A stretch of 64,000 nt of DNA from Emticicia agri. Lineage in GTDB: Bacteria > Bacteroidota > Bacteroidia > Cytophagales > Spirosomataceae. Under the pieces are notes generated by a model. The model worked only from the letters and a program-made list of their open reading frames with translations, made no database searches and was not told the origin of the DNA. Below are positions 48,730 to 58,107 of this stretch, piece after piece. The stretch spans positions 3,810 to 67,809 of the forward strand of contig CAMAQF010000008.1 in NCBI GenBank assembly GCA_945860265.1, written 5' to 3'. The position numbers were made by a program, and so were the translations under genes. The stretch's first letter is position 1. The number at the start of each line of letters is the position of its first letter.

Positions 48730-49647
48730 ATGAAAATGTCATTAAAACCATTATTTGTTTTTTTTGTAGGATTATCACTGGCTTCGTGTGTTGCAAAAAA
48801 GAAATTGACAGCTTTACAATCTCAATATGACAAAGCCCAAGTCGATTTAGTAAAATGTGGTGATAACGTGCAAGACTACAAAGATAAACTTGAGCGTATG
48901 AGCAAATTGCAGCAAGAAAGCGAAGCTCAGAAAAACGCAACCCTTTCGACTGTGCAACAACGTGACCAAAAAATCAATGACTTGAACGACCAAGTTTTAG
49001 ATTTGAGAAAACTGCGTGATAAACAAATGGAGCAAGTAGGTAATCTGACTGTACTTTCAAAAACAGCCAACGATAATATCGACAAAACGCTATCGCAATT
49101 AGCTAATAAAGACAAGTACATCAATTTACTCCAAGCTGCTCGCACAAAAGCAGATTCTATCAATTTGGCTTTGGCCGTGAATCTAAAAAGTACGCTCAAC
49201 AATGGCCTCGACGACCAAGATGTAGAAGTAAAAGTTGATAAAACTGTGGTAATGATTAATATATCGGACAAAATGTTGTTTAGCACAGGAAGTTCGAAAA
49301 TCTCATCAAATGCCAATAATATTTTAGGGAAAATTGCACAAATCATTAAATCAAGACCAGAATTAGAAGTAATGGTTGAGGGTTATACCGACAATGTAGC
49401 AATCAATACAGATTGTATAACTGACAACTGGGATTTGAGCACAAAGCGTGCAACATCCGTAATACGAATATTACAACAAAATTTTGGCATTGATCCAAAT
49501 AAATTGATAGCGGCTGGTAGAGGTGAATTCAACGCTCTAACGAGCAATGATTCGGCAGAAGGACGTGCTACAAATCGCCGTACACGCATAATCTTGATGC
49601 CAAAAATCGATCAATTCTATGATTTATTGAATCCCGATAAGAAATAA
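48730..49647 (+). CDS. OmpA/MotB C-terminal-domain lipoprotein with coiled coil
   Basis: Lipobox LASC, coiled coil, VEGYTD, NWDLSTKRATSV, GRATNRRT. Confidence 0.88.
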   Translation: MKMSLKPLFVFFVGLSLASCVAKKKLTALQSQYDKAQVDLVKCGDNVQDYKDKLERMSKLQQESEAQKNATLSTVQQRDQKINDLNDQVLDLRKLRDKQMEQVGNLTVLSKTANDNIDKTLSQLANKDKYINLLQAARTKADSINLALAVNLKSTLNNGLDDQDVEVKVDKTVVMINISDKMLFSTGSSKISSNANNILGKIAQIIKSRPELEVMVEGYTDNVAINTDCITDNWDLSTKRATSVIRILQQNFGIDPNKLIAAGRGEFNALTSNDSAEGRATNRRTRIILMPKIDQFYDLLNPDKK

Positions 49648-49686
49648 TTTTAATCCATAATCAATCGGTGGCAATTCCTAAAAGGC

Positions 49687-49723
49687 AAACGAGGTGAATA
49701 TTTTAAAAAATCTCACCTCGTTT
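49687..49723. terminator. Terminator-like hairpin between convergent genes
   Basis: AAACGAGGTGA...TCACCTCGTTT. Confidence 0.65.
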
Positions 49724-49743
49724 CATTTTCAAAACTTCATATA

Positions 49744-50199
49744 TCAATCTTCTCGCATACGCTCACGGGTTACGTCTCGTTCTTTGATGCTATCTCGTTT
49801 ATCGAATAATTTCTTACCTTTTGCCAAAGCAATATCTAATTTGGCAAAACCACCATCATTAATAAAAAGTCTTGTTGGAATTACAGTTAAGCCTTTATCA
49901 GTCAACTTATTAGCCAGTTTTTTCAGCTCTTTTTTCTTTAATAAAAGTTTTCTATCACGTAACGGAGTATGGTTGTAGTGCGTGCCTTGTTCGTATTTCG
50001 ATATATTTAAATTTTTTACAAACAATTCTTCTTTATCGAAATAACAGTAGGCATCTACCATACTGAATTTATTTAATCGTATAGATTTTATTTCAGTACC
50101 AGTCAAGACCATTCCAGCCGAATATTTATCCAAAAAGAAAAATTCAAAACTTGCCTTTTTATTAGTTACATCTACTTTTTTTGCTGCTTTTTCTGCCAT
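49744..50199 (-). CDS. smpB: SsrA-binding protein SmpB
   Basis: NKKASFEF, AGMVLTGTEIKSIR, RDRKLLL, LAKGKKLFDKR. Confidence 0.97.
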   Translation of the reverse strand: MAEKAAKKVDVTNKKASFEFFFLDKYSAGMVLTGTEIKSIRLNKFSMVDAYCYFDKEELFVKNLNISKYEQGTHYNHTPLRDRKLLLKKKELKKLANKLTDKGLTVIPTRLFINDGGFAKLDIALAKGKKLFDKRDSIKERDVTRERMRED

Positions 50200-50275
50200 T
50201 TTTTTGCTTTCTATAAAAACCTTCTGCCTCTATACTTTTAGTGCCTTTGTGCGTATTTATCACAAAGTTACAAAT

Positions 50276-50425
50276 AAAAAAATCCCTACCTCAAAAATAG
50301 TGGTAGGGATTCCGACTTACGTGCTTTCCTAATAATCCATGTATAATCTCTATAATTGGATTCGACTCTAAAATGAGAATTTTTTTGAAAATTCTCGAAT
50401 TGGAATTCCCGATTCAGGTAACTTC
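50276..50425 (-). ncRNA. Candidate ~150-nt small RNA upstream of smpB
   Basis: Minus-strand TATCTTTG box (50432-50439), internal hairpin 50375-50396, terminator AATCCCTACC/GGTAGGGATT plus T-run; no ORF. Confidence 0.45.
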
Positions 50426-50480
50426 TCAGAGCAAAGATAAATATTTTTAGAATAAAAAAAAGGTTGTTTTATTTTTCTTA

Positions 50481-50510
50481 TCTAAAATGGGTATCTCTAA
50501 AATGGGTATC
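50481..50510. repeat. Perfect 15-bp tandem duplication
   Basis: TCTAAAATGGGTATC x2. Confidence 0.85.
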
Positions 50511-50941
50511 AAAAAACTTCATTTTAACTTTACTTTACAGAAAACTTTACTTTGAATACTTAATTAAATCTCAAATATTTTCTGTTTTTGAACTTAAAAA
50601 AACAAATTTTCTTTAGTGTATTAATCTATATGGCCGCTTAATTGCTATTTTACGACAATACTTTTTTTAAACTAAAAGTGTGCCAAACTTTCCAAAGATT
50701 TGATTAAACGGCATGTTTATGCTACAAACAATTAATAATCAACAAATAGATCTTAAAAAAGGTGTCAAACTTTCATGCCGTTAAAAAAAAATCTTGTAAG
50801 CTCCAAATCAGTAGTTCTTAATTTGCTAGAAATTTGGATTTTTCATTTATTTTTCGTATTTTTAATAAAAATTGTGATCAACTGAAAGAAACTTTTGATT
50901 GCGATATATAGTTTTTATAAGTAAATAAATTTTTTAGTCAA

Positions 50942-52192
50942 TTGTTCAAAGCACCCGTTTTTTCCACAGCAACGCAGCAAGAAACTGCAATTTTAGTTGG
51001 TCTCATCACGCAGAAGCAAAATGCTGAACGAACCAAAGAGTATCTAGATGAATTAGAATTTTTAGCCACAACAGCAGGCGTAATCACCAAAAGAGCCTTT
51101 ACGCAACGACTCGAACGTGCTGACCCTAAAACTTTTGTAGGAAAAGGCAAATTAGAAGAAATAAGAATTTGGCTCATTGAAAACCCAGTCGATAGTATTA
51201 TTTTCGATGATGACCTCACGTCTCCGCAAGTCCGAAACCTCGAACTCACATTTCCAGAAATCAAGATTCTTGACCGTAGCTTGCTGATTTTGAATATATT
51301 TTCGCAACGAGCTCAAACCGACCAAGCAAAGCGACAAGTCGAGCTCGCACAATATCAATATATGTTGCCTCGCCTTACCCGTATGTGGTCGCACCTTAGC
51401 CGACAAAAGGGTGGTATAGGTATGCGTGGGCCTGGTGAAAAAGAGTTGGAAACTGATAAACGTATCGTAAAAGACCGCATTGCGTTTTTGAAAGATAAAC
51501 TTGAAAAGATTGATAAGCAGAGTTTTACACGTCGAAAAGAACGTGACCAACTCGTACGCGTGGCTTTAGTAGGTTATACGAACGTTGGAAAATCGACTTT
51601 GATGCGTCGTTTGGCAAAAGCTGATGTTTTTGCTGAAAACAAACTCTTCGCCACAATCGACTCAACAGTAAGAAAGGTAGTTTTAGGAAATATTCCATTT
51701 TTGCTAACTGATACCGTTGGCTTTATCCGAAAACTCCCAACACAATTAATTGAGTCGTTTAAATCAACTTTGGACGAAATTCGTGATGCCGATATTTTGG
51801 TTCACGTAGTTGATATTTCGCATTCATCATTTGAAGAACAAATCGAGGTTGTAAACGTAACTTTGGCAGAAATCGAAGCATCTGAAAAATCAATGGTTCT
51901 AGTTTTTAATAAACTTGACCTCTTCAAGCCAGAATCTGAAGAGAACCTCGACGAACATCTCGAAACTATCACCGAAGATGATTTACAGAGAAACCTTGAC
52001 AAACTAAAAAATAGTTACCTCAAAAAAAACACAGAAAATGTTGTATTTATTTCGGCCGAACACAAAGAAAACTTAGGCGAATTACGCAAGGTTCTGATGA
52101 ATAAGATTCAAGAAAAACATTTCTTGATTTATCCGAATTGGGATCCAACCCAAAACCCAATGTATGATTGGCAGGGGGTTGAGCAAGAATGA
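50942..52192 (+). CDS. hflX: Ribosome-splitting GTPase HflX
   Basis: GKGKLEEI, RGPGEKELETD, GYTNVGKST, DTVGFI, NKLD. Confidence 0.97.
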   Translation: MFKAPVFSTATQQETAILVGLITQKQNAERTKEYLDELEFLATTAGVITKRAFTQRLERADPKTFVGKGKLEEIRIWLIENPVDSIIFDDDLTSPQVRNLELTFPEIKILDRSLLILNIFSQRAQTDQAKRQVELAQYQYMLPRLTRMWSHLSRQKGGIGMRGPGEKELETDKRIVKDRIAFLKDKLEKIDKQSFTRRKERDQLVRVALVGYTNVGKSTLMRRLAKADVFAENKLFATIDSTVRKVVLGNIPFLLTDTVGFIRKLPTQLIESFKSTLDEIRDADILVHVVDISHSSFEEQIEVVNVTLAEIEASEKSMVLVFNKLDLFKPESEENLDEHLETITEDDLQRNLDKLKNSYLKKNTENVVFISAEHKENLGELRKVLMNKIQEKHFLIYPNWDPTQNPMYDWQGVEQE

Positions 52193-54549
52193 TTAAACAA
52201 ATTATGGCAAAAGACAAACAAAAATCATATTATGACCAACTGAAAGCTGAAATATTAGCTTTTTTGTCGGTTAATCTCGAAAAACCATACACACTACAAG
52301 ACATAATTATACATTATGATGTAAAAAGTAAGCAAGAAAAAGCCCTTTACGGAATGATGATTGAAGCTCTTTTAGAGGAAGGAAAAATACATCAAACCGA
52401 AAAAGGAAAATATACTGTTGACGTAAACGCAAACGCAGTTATTGGTCGACTCGACCACGTAAATTCAAAATTTGGCTTTATCAGATACGACAACACTAAG
52501 CCAGACATTTGGGTGAGTGCCGACGACATGAATGGAGCAATTGATGGCGATTTGGTAAAGGCAACAACCTACGGAGAATTTTATAAGAAAAACGGAAATC
52601 CCGAAGGGTGTATCATCGATATTATTGAGCGTGGCAGAATAGAACTAGTTGGAAAAATTCAGGTTTTTGGCAATTATGCCGTCGTTCGTCCCGACCATAA
52701 GAATCTTCACGATGATATTTTTATTCCAAAAGATAAAATCAATGGTGCAACGAAAGACGATTTGGTTATCGTGAAAATCGTTGAATATCCAACCAAAATT
52801 CAACAAGGTGTTGGAGAAATTACCGAAATTTTAGGAAAATCGGGTGATAATAATGCAGAAATGCATGCAATTTTGGCCGAATTTGGTTTACCAATCAGAT
52901 TTGACAAAGCCATTGAAGCTGAAGCAGCGGCAATATCGGAACTTATTACAGAAGCAGAAATTGAGAAAAGACGAGATTTTAGAAATATTCTGACTTTCAC
53001 GATTGATCCGCACGATGCCAAAGATTTTGATGATGCTCTGAGTTTCAGAATACTCGAAAATCAAAATTATGAAATTGGTGTTCACATTGCCGACGTAACG
53101 TATTACGTGCAGGAAAGCACACGACTCGAAGAAGAAGCTTTCAACCGTGCCACTTCGGTATATTTGGTTGACCGCACGATTCCGATGTTGCCCGAGAAAC
53201 TCTCTAATAATCTCTGTTCGCTTCGCCCAAATGAAGATAAATTGACGTTTTCGGCGGTTTTTGAAATGACTCATGACGGTCGATTGATAAACGAATGGTT
53301 TGGTCGAACCATCATTCACTCTGACCAACGATTTAGCTACGAAGATGCACAAGATGTTTTAGAGGACGAAGAAGGCGATGTCCTAAATCCTATTACTGAG
53401 CCTGACGAAGTTCTAGAAAAGTACCGTTTCCCGCTACATACGCTCAATCATTTAGCAAAGATTCTAAAAAAAGATCGTTTCAGAAACGGAGCTATTAATT
53501 TTGAAACCAATGAAGTAAAATTCAAACTCGATGAAATTGGTAAACCGATTGGCGTTGTGCTGAAAATCAGAAAAGATGCCCACAAACTCATCGAAGAATT
53601 TATGCTCTTGGCCAATAAAAAAGTAGCGGAGTTTGTTTTCAAACTTAAAAATGAAATAAATTCAGAGGCTAATACAATGGTTTATCGTGTGCATGAGCCA
53701 CCAAATCCTGAGAAATTACAGAATTTTGCCAATTTTGCGGCACGTTTTGGTTATTCCATCAAAACGGATTCGGACAAAACCTTATCGAATTCGATGAACA
53801 AAATGATGGCAGAGGTTGAAGGAACTCCTGTACAGAATGTATTGGAACAATTAGCAGTTCGCACGATGTCAAAGGCTCGATATTCAACCGAACCCTTGGG
53901 GCATTTTGGCCTTGCTTTTGAGCATTACAGCCATTTTACGTCGCCAATTCGTCGTTATCCAGACATGATGGCTCATCGACTTTTACAACATTATTTAACG
54001 GCTTCGCCAAAAAATAGAGCAAATGTTTCTCATGAAGATTTTGAAAAAAAATCGAAACATTCATCCGACCGAGAAAAACTAGCTGCTGAAGCCGAAAGGG
54101 CTTCAATTAAGTATAAGCAAGTAGAATTCATGAGTTTGCAAGAACGCCGAACTATTTTTAGTGGCGTTGTAACTGGTGTAACCGATTTCGGAATTTTTGT
54201 AGAAATCACTTCCACAAGTTGTGAAGGAATGGTTCGTTTGGCTGATTTGAAAGATGATTTCTACGAATGGGATAGAAATAATTATCGAGTTGTAGGAAAA
54301 CGCACAGGTCGAGTAATCAACTTTGGCGATACCGTAAAAGTGACAGTAAAAGGCACTGACCTGGAGCGTAGAAGTATGGACTTAGAGTTAGTTGGTTTGG
54401 AAGGAAAATCATTGCAATTGAGCAATACGAAAGGGAGCAATCGAGATACTTCAAACAGCAGAGGAGGCCGCAGAGAAAAACCAAGTCGAACTGCTCGAAA
54501 AAGCAGCCGAACAAGCGATAAAGACAAAGGTAAACGCAAGAGAAAATAA
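52189..54549 (+). CDS. rnr: Ribonuclease R
   Basis: TIDPHDAKDFDDA, VHIADV, LIEEFMLLAN, HFTSPIRRYPD, S1 domain, basic tail; start may be 52204. Confidence 0.96.
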   Translation: MIKQIMAKDKQKSYYDQLKAEILAFLSVNLEKPYTLQDIIIHYDVKSKQEKALYGMMIEALLEEGKIHQTEKGKYTVDVNANAVIGRLDHVNSKFGFIRYDNTKPDIWVSADDMNGAIDGDLVKATTYGEFYKKNGNPEGCIIDIIERGRIELVGKIQVFGNYAVVRPDHKNLHDDIFIPKDKINGATKDDLVIVKIVEYPTKIQQGVGEITEILGKSGDNNAEMHAILAEFGLPIRFDKAIEAEAAAISELITEAEIEKRRDFRNILTFTIDPHDAKDFDDALSFRILENQNYEIGVHIADVTYYVQESTRLEEEAFNRATSVYLVDRTIPMLPEKLSNNLCSLRPNEDKLTFSAVFEMTHDGRLINEWFGRTIIHSDQRFSYEDAQDVLEDEEGDVLNPITEPDEVLEKYRFPLHTLNHLAKILKKDRFRNGAINFETNEVKFKLDEIGKPIGVVLKIRKDAHKLIEEFMLLANKKVAEFVFKLKNEINSEANTMVYRVHEPPNPEKLQNFANFAARFGYSIKTDSDKTLSNSMNKMMAEVEGTPVQNVLEQLAVRTMSKARYSTEPLGHFGLAFEHYSHFTSPIRRYPDMMAHRLLQHYLTASPKNRANVSHEDFEKKSKHSSDREKLAAEAERASIKYKQVEFMSLQERRTIFSGVVTGVTDFGIFVEITSTSCEGMVRLADLKDDFYEWDRNNYRVVGKRTGRVINFGDTVKVTVKGTDLERRSMDLELVGLEGKSLQLSNTKGSNRDTSNSRGGRREKPSRTARKSSRTSDKDKGKRKRK

Positions 54550-54674
54550 TTAAACATCTCGAATGTTTAGAAACATTTCTTTTTTATTAAGGTTTAGTAA
54601 ACTGGTAAGTAGCTAAATGACTATTTACCTGTTTATTGTTTACATCATTTTAAATCTACATTCTGATAAATTTT

Positions 54675-54703
54675 GTAGGAACGTCCAAATTGGACGTTCC
54701 TAC
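54675..54703. repeat. Perfect GTAG-bounded palindrome (REP-like)
   Basis: GTAGGAACGTCCAA-A-TTGGACGTTCCTAC, 14-bp arms. Confidence 0.7.
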
Positions 54704-54731
54704 GGGTGAAAATTAAAACACTACATCAAAA

Positions 54732-55637
54732 ATGAATATTCTAATCACAGGTGGTACAGGGATGATTGGGCATCGACTCACCGAATTGCTTTTGGCAAAA
54801 GGTCATAAGGTTTCATACTTGAGTAGAAAGAAAGAAAAACTAACTAATGTGGAAGTTTTTCAATGGGATATTCAGAAAGGATATATCGAAGCAGGTGCTT
54901 TAGAGTCAGCTGATTATGTAGTGCATTTGGCGGGTGCAGGCATAGCTAATAAACGCTGGACTGACGAACGAAAAAAAGAAATCATTGATTCAAGAATTCA
55001 GCCTATTGATTTGATTAACAAGTATTTACAAGAAAAAAACATTCAACTTAAAGGTTTTATTTCAGCATCAGCTATCGGGATTTATGGCTGTAATACGGGT
55101 GATGTAAATTTAGATGAAAGTAGTGTTTTAGGAAATGATTTTCTTGCCGAATGCACCAAACTTTGGGAAATTCATGCTAAAAAAGTAAAAAATGCCGCTC
55201 GAATCATAAGCATTAGAATAGGCATTGTTTTGAGCGAAAATGGTGGAGCGTTGCCCAAGCTCGTTCAACCAATTCGCCTTGGTTTTGGGGCGGCTCTGGG
55301 AAATGGCAAGCAATTCATGTCATGGATTCACGTAGATGACCTTTGCGGAGTTTTCGTGAAAGCTATTGAAGTTGAAAAAATGCAAGGAGCGTATAATGCC
55401 GTTTCTCCAAATCCTGTCACGAATCAAGAAATGACAAGTGTTGCGGCAAAAGTCTTGAAAAAGCCACTTTGGTTGCCGAATGTTCCAAGTTTTGCATTAA
55501 AATTAGTTTTCGGAGAAATGGGAATTGTCGTAACTGGTGGCAACTTTGTGCTGAACAAAAGGCTTTCGCAAGAAACCAATTTTCAATATAAATTTATAAA
55601 TATTAAAGACGCTCTGAACGATTTGTTAGGAAAATAG
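54732..55637 (+). CDS. TIGR01777-family (YfcH-like) NAD-binding epimerase/oxidoreductase
   Basis: ITGGTGMIG, HLAGAGIANKRWT, SASAIGIYG, GKQFMSWIHVDD. Confidence 0.92.
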   Translation: MNILITGGTGMIGHRLTELLLAKGHKVSYLSRKKEKLTNVEVFQWDIQKGYIEAGALESADYVVHLAGAGIANKRWTDERKKEIIDSRIQPIDLINKYLQEKNIQLKGFISASAIGIYGCNTGDVNLDESSVLGNDFLAECTKLWEIHAKKVKNAARIISIRIGIVLSENGGALPKLVQPIRLGFGAALGNGKQFMSWIHVDDLCGVFVKAIEVEKMQGAYNAVSPNPVTNQEMTSVAAKVLKKPLWLPNVPSFALKLVFGEMGIVVTGGNFVLNKRLSQETNFQYKFINIKDALNDLLGK

Positions 55638-55715
55638 TCAACTGTCCACGGTCGGCAGTCAACTTTTTAAACCAGCTAACTCATAACTCATAATTCAAAA
55701 CTCAGCACTCAAAAA

Positions 55716-56108
55716 ATGACTTCCATATTTTCAAGAATCATTGCAGGTGAAATTCCTTGCCATAAAATTGCCGAAAACGATCAATATTTTGCATTTTTAG
55801 ATGTATTTCCTTGTGCTTTTGGTCACGTTTTGGTTGTACCGAAACAAGAGATTGATTATCTATTCGACCTCAGCGATGAACTTTATGCAGGTCTCATGGC
55901 TTTTGCCAAACAAATTGAGCCAGCCATTCGTCAAGCAGTACCTTGCAAGCGTTTGGGTGTTGCCGTTATTGGCTTGGAAGTACCTCATGCCCATGTTCAC
56001 TTAATTCCGATGAACAGCATGAATGATATGAATTTCAATCACAAATTAAAACTTTCAGAAGAAGAACTAGCCGAAACTGCTGCCAAAATCAGGAGTTTTC
56101 TAAACTAA
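55716..56108 (+). CDS. HIT family nucleotide hydrolase
   Basis: SIFSRIIAGEIP, GHVLVVPK, HAHVHLIP. Confidence 0.94.
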   Translation: MTSIFSRIIAGEIPCHKIAENDQYFAFLDVFPCAFGHVLVVPKQEIDYLFDLSDELYAGLMAFAKQIEPAIRQAVPCKRLGVAVIGLEVPHAHVHLIPMNSMNDMNFNHKLKLSEEELAETAAKIRSFLN

Positions 56109-56112
56109 TATT

Positions 56113-56394
56113 ATGGAAATTGTTTATGCCATTATCATAGCGATATTACCTCTGTTTTTATCGCTGAGAACTATTTTTTTGCTTCGTAAAAATCCAAAAG
56201 TATCTGATTTTATGAAAAGTATCATCAACGCCATTTTGGGCGGAATTATTTTGGTGTCAATCAGCGTAAGTGTGCATCATTTTATGAATCTTGCAGATGC
56301 AAAATCTAATATGAGTGTGGGCGTTCTGACGAGCGTACAAATAATTATGTCTGGCGTAGTATTTTTGGTTTCTCGGGTTTTGAGTCGGGTTTAG
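56113..56394 (+). CDS. Small hypothetical membrane protein (3 TM)
   Basis: 93-aa hydrophobic ORF 4 nt after the HIT gene. Confidence 0.65.
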   Translation: MEIVYAIIIAILPLFLSLRTIFLLRKNPKVSDFMKSIINAILGGIILVSISVSVHHFMNLADAKSNMSVGVLTSVQIIMSGVVFLVSRVLSRV

Positions 56395-56454
56395 CAAAAA
56401 AGAATGTTTTTGAAATTATTTATAATTATATTTATTTATTAAAACAGGAATGAA

Positions 56455-56676
56455 ATGCCAACGCAAACTTTAATAATTGAAGCTGAAATTAATAAAATAA
56501 GAGCACTTAAAGCTTTTTTAACCGCATTTGGCATAAGCTATCGTACAGAAAAAACCAAGTACAGTGATACAACAGACTATTTATTGAGCAGTCAAGCCAA
56601 CAAAAACAGATTACACGAATCAATTGAGCAATTGAATAGCGGAAAAACTGAAGTTCACGGCCTCGTTGAATCATGA
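56455..56676 (+). CDS. Antitoxin of a YoeB pair (DUF2683-like N-terminus, YefM-like C-terminus)
   Basis: DTTDYLLSSQANKNRLHESIEQ; ATGA overlap with the toxin. Confidence 0.8.
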   Translation: MPTQTLIIEAEINKIRALKAFLTAFGISYRTEKTKYSDTTDYLLSSQANKNRLHESIEQLNSGKTEVHGLVES

Positions 56677-56927
56677 ATCTCACATGGACACCTCAAGCTT
56701 GGGAAGAATATATTTCTTGGCAAAATAATGATAAGAAAATAGTTAGGCGAATTAATGATTTGATAAAAGAGTGTTTACGAACTCCCTTTGAGGGTAAAGG
56801 CAAGCCTGAACCATTGAAAGGTGATTTAAGTGGTTTTTGGTCAAGAAGAATAACAGATGAACACCGACTTGTTTATAAAGTGGGTAATTCAGAAATAGCT
56901 ATTGTTCAATGTAAATATCATTATTAG
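56673..56927 (+). CDS. yoeB: Txe/YoeB family mRNA interferase toxin
   Basis: AWEEYISWQ, PFEGKGKPEPLKGDLSGFWSRRITDEHRLVY, terminal YHY. Confidence 0.95.
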   Translation: MNLTWTPQAWEEYISWQNNDKKIVRRINDLIKECLRTPFEGKGKPEPLKGDLSGFWSRRITDEHRLVYKVGNSEIAIVQCKYHY

Positions 56928-56928
56928 T

Positions 56929-57915
56929 TCACTTCAATTTCCCTTTCAAAACCTCAAATTCTTTCTTTAAAGACGCATTTTTATAAAGAATCTCGTAGGC
57001 AAAATTAGTAATTGGCATTTCTATTTCGTGTTGCTGCATCATTTCGTATATACATTTTACAGCGTAAAAACCCTCGGCAATCATATTCATTTCGAGTTGA
57101 GCTGCTTGCACGCTATATCCTCGACCAATCATATTGCCAAAAGTTCGATTTCGACTAAATTGTGAATAAGCTGTTACCAGCAAATCACCCAAGTAGGCAG
57201 AAGCACTCAAATCTCTCTCCATTGGTGCAATTAAATCTACCACTCGTTTGATTTCTTGCATGGCGTTTGAAACCATAACGGCTTGAAAATTATCTCCTCC
57301 ACCCAATCCGTGCGTAATACCGCAAGCCAAAGCCACGATATTTTTCATAACTGCCGCATATTCTACACCGTAAATATCAGCAAGAACCGACGTTTTTACA
57401 AATCTGCAACGCATCAATTCGGCAAATTCGGTGGCAAGCTCGATATTTGACGAGGCAATTGTAAGATAAGATTGTTTTTCGAGAGCTACTTCTTCGGCAT
57501 GGCACGGGCCAGCGATAATACCCATATTTTGGTGTGAAACTCCATAGTTTTCTGCCAAATAATCGGTGATAAGTTGATTACTTTCAGGAATCATTCCTTT
57601 AATGGCTGAAATAACTTTTTTATTGGTTAAATTCCCTGCTGAAATGGATTTGACGGCATCACCCACAAATGCTGCAGGAACAGCCAAAATTACCCATTCT
57701 GAACCTCGAATTGCTTCTTTAAGATTGGTATAAGGCTTAACTTTTGAAGGATAAACTTCTACGCTACTCAAATATTTTGGGTTATGGTGGTGTTTTTTGA
57801 TATGTTCCACATCACTTACACTTCGCATCCACCATTTTAAATGTACATTTCCTTGACTCAATATCTTTACGATTGCCGTAGCCCAACTTCCTCCACCGAT
57901 TACTGTAATTTTCAT
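56929..57915 (-). CDS. gpsA: NAD(P)H-dependent glycerol-3-phosphate dehydrogenase
   Basis: IGGGSWATA, GPCHAEEVA, MKNIVALACG, GDLLVTAYSQFSRNRTFG. Confidence 0.95.
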   Translation of the reverse strand: MKITVIGGGSWATAIVKILSQGNVHLKWWMRSVSDVEHIKKHHHNPKYLSSVEVYPSKVKPYTNLKEAIRGSEWVILAVPAAFVGDAVKSISAGNLTNKKVISAIKGMIPESNQLITDYLAENYGVSHQNMGIIAGPCHAEEVALEKQSYLTIASSNIELATEFAELMRCRFVKTSVLADIYGVEYAAVMKNIVALACGITHGLGGGDNFQAVMVSNAMQEIKRVVDLIAPMERDLSASAYLGDLLVTAYSQFSRNRTFGNMIGRGYSVQAAQLEMNMIAEGFYAVKCIYEMMQQHEIEMPITNFAYEILYKNASLKKEFEVLKGKLK

Positions 57916-58014
57916 TCTATTCCAACGATTATGAACAAGTTTTGAAAATTTGTTCTACTTTTCTGATGCTAAGTAAATTAAAAGACTTGAATAAAAAAAG
58001 AGATGCCTATAAAT

Positions 58015-58064
58015 AAGGAAGGCTTCACTTTGAGCGAATATCACTCAACGAAGCCTTCCTTTTT
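58015..58064. terminator. Terminator-like hairpin between the MFP gene and gpsA
   Basis: AAGGAAGGCTTC...GAAGCCTTCCTTTTT. Confidence 0.7.
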
Positions 58065-58107
58065 ATATTCGAGAGGGCATATTTTACACGCCCATACAAT
58101 CATTTAT

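Noticed and set aside
48730..49647. MotB-like gene as evidence of flagella
   Set aside because: Lipoprotein with only the peptidoglycan-binding domain; no MotA or flagellar genes
50276..50425. tmRNA (ssrA) next to smpB
   Set aside because: Too short, with no tRNA-like ends or tag reading frame
50670..50785. Sigma-54 promoter motifs (TGGCAC / CGGCAT)
   Set aside because: GG-N10-GC spacing or the -12 GC is not satisfied
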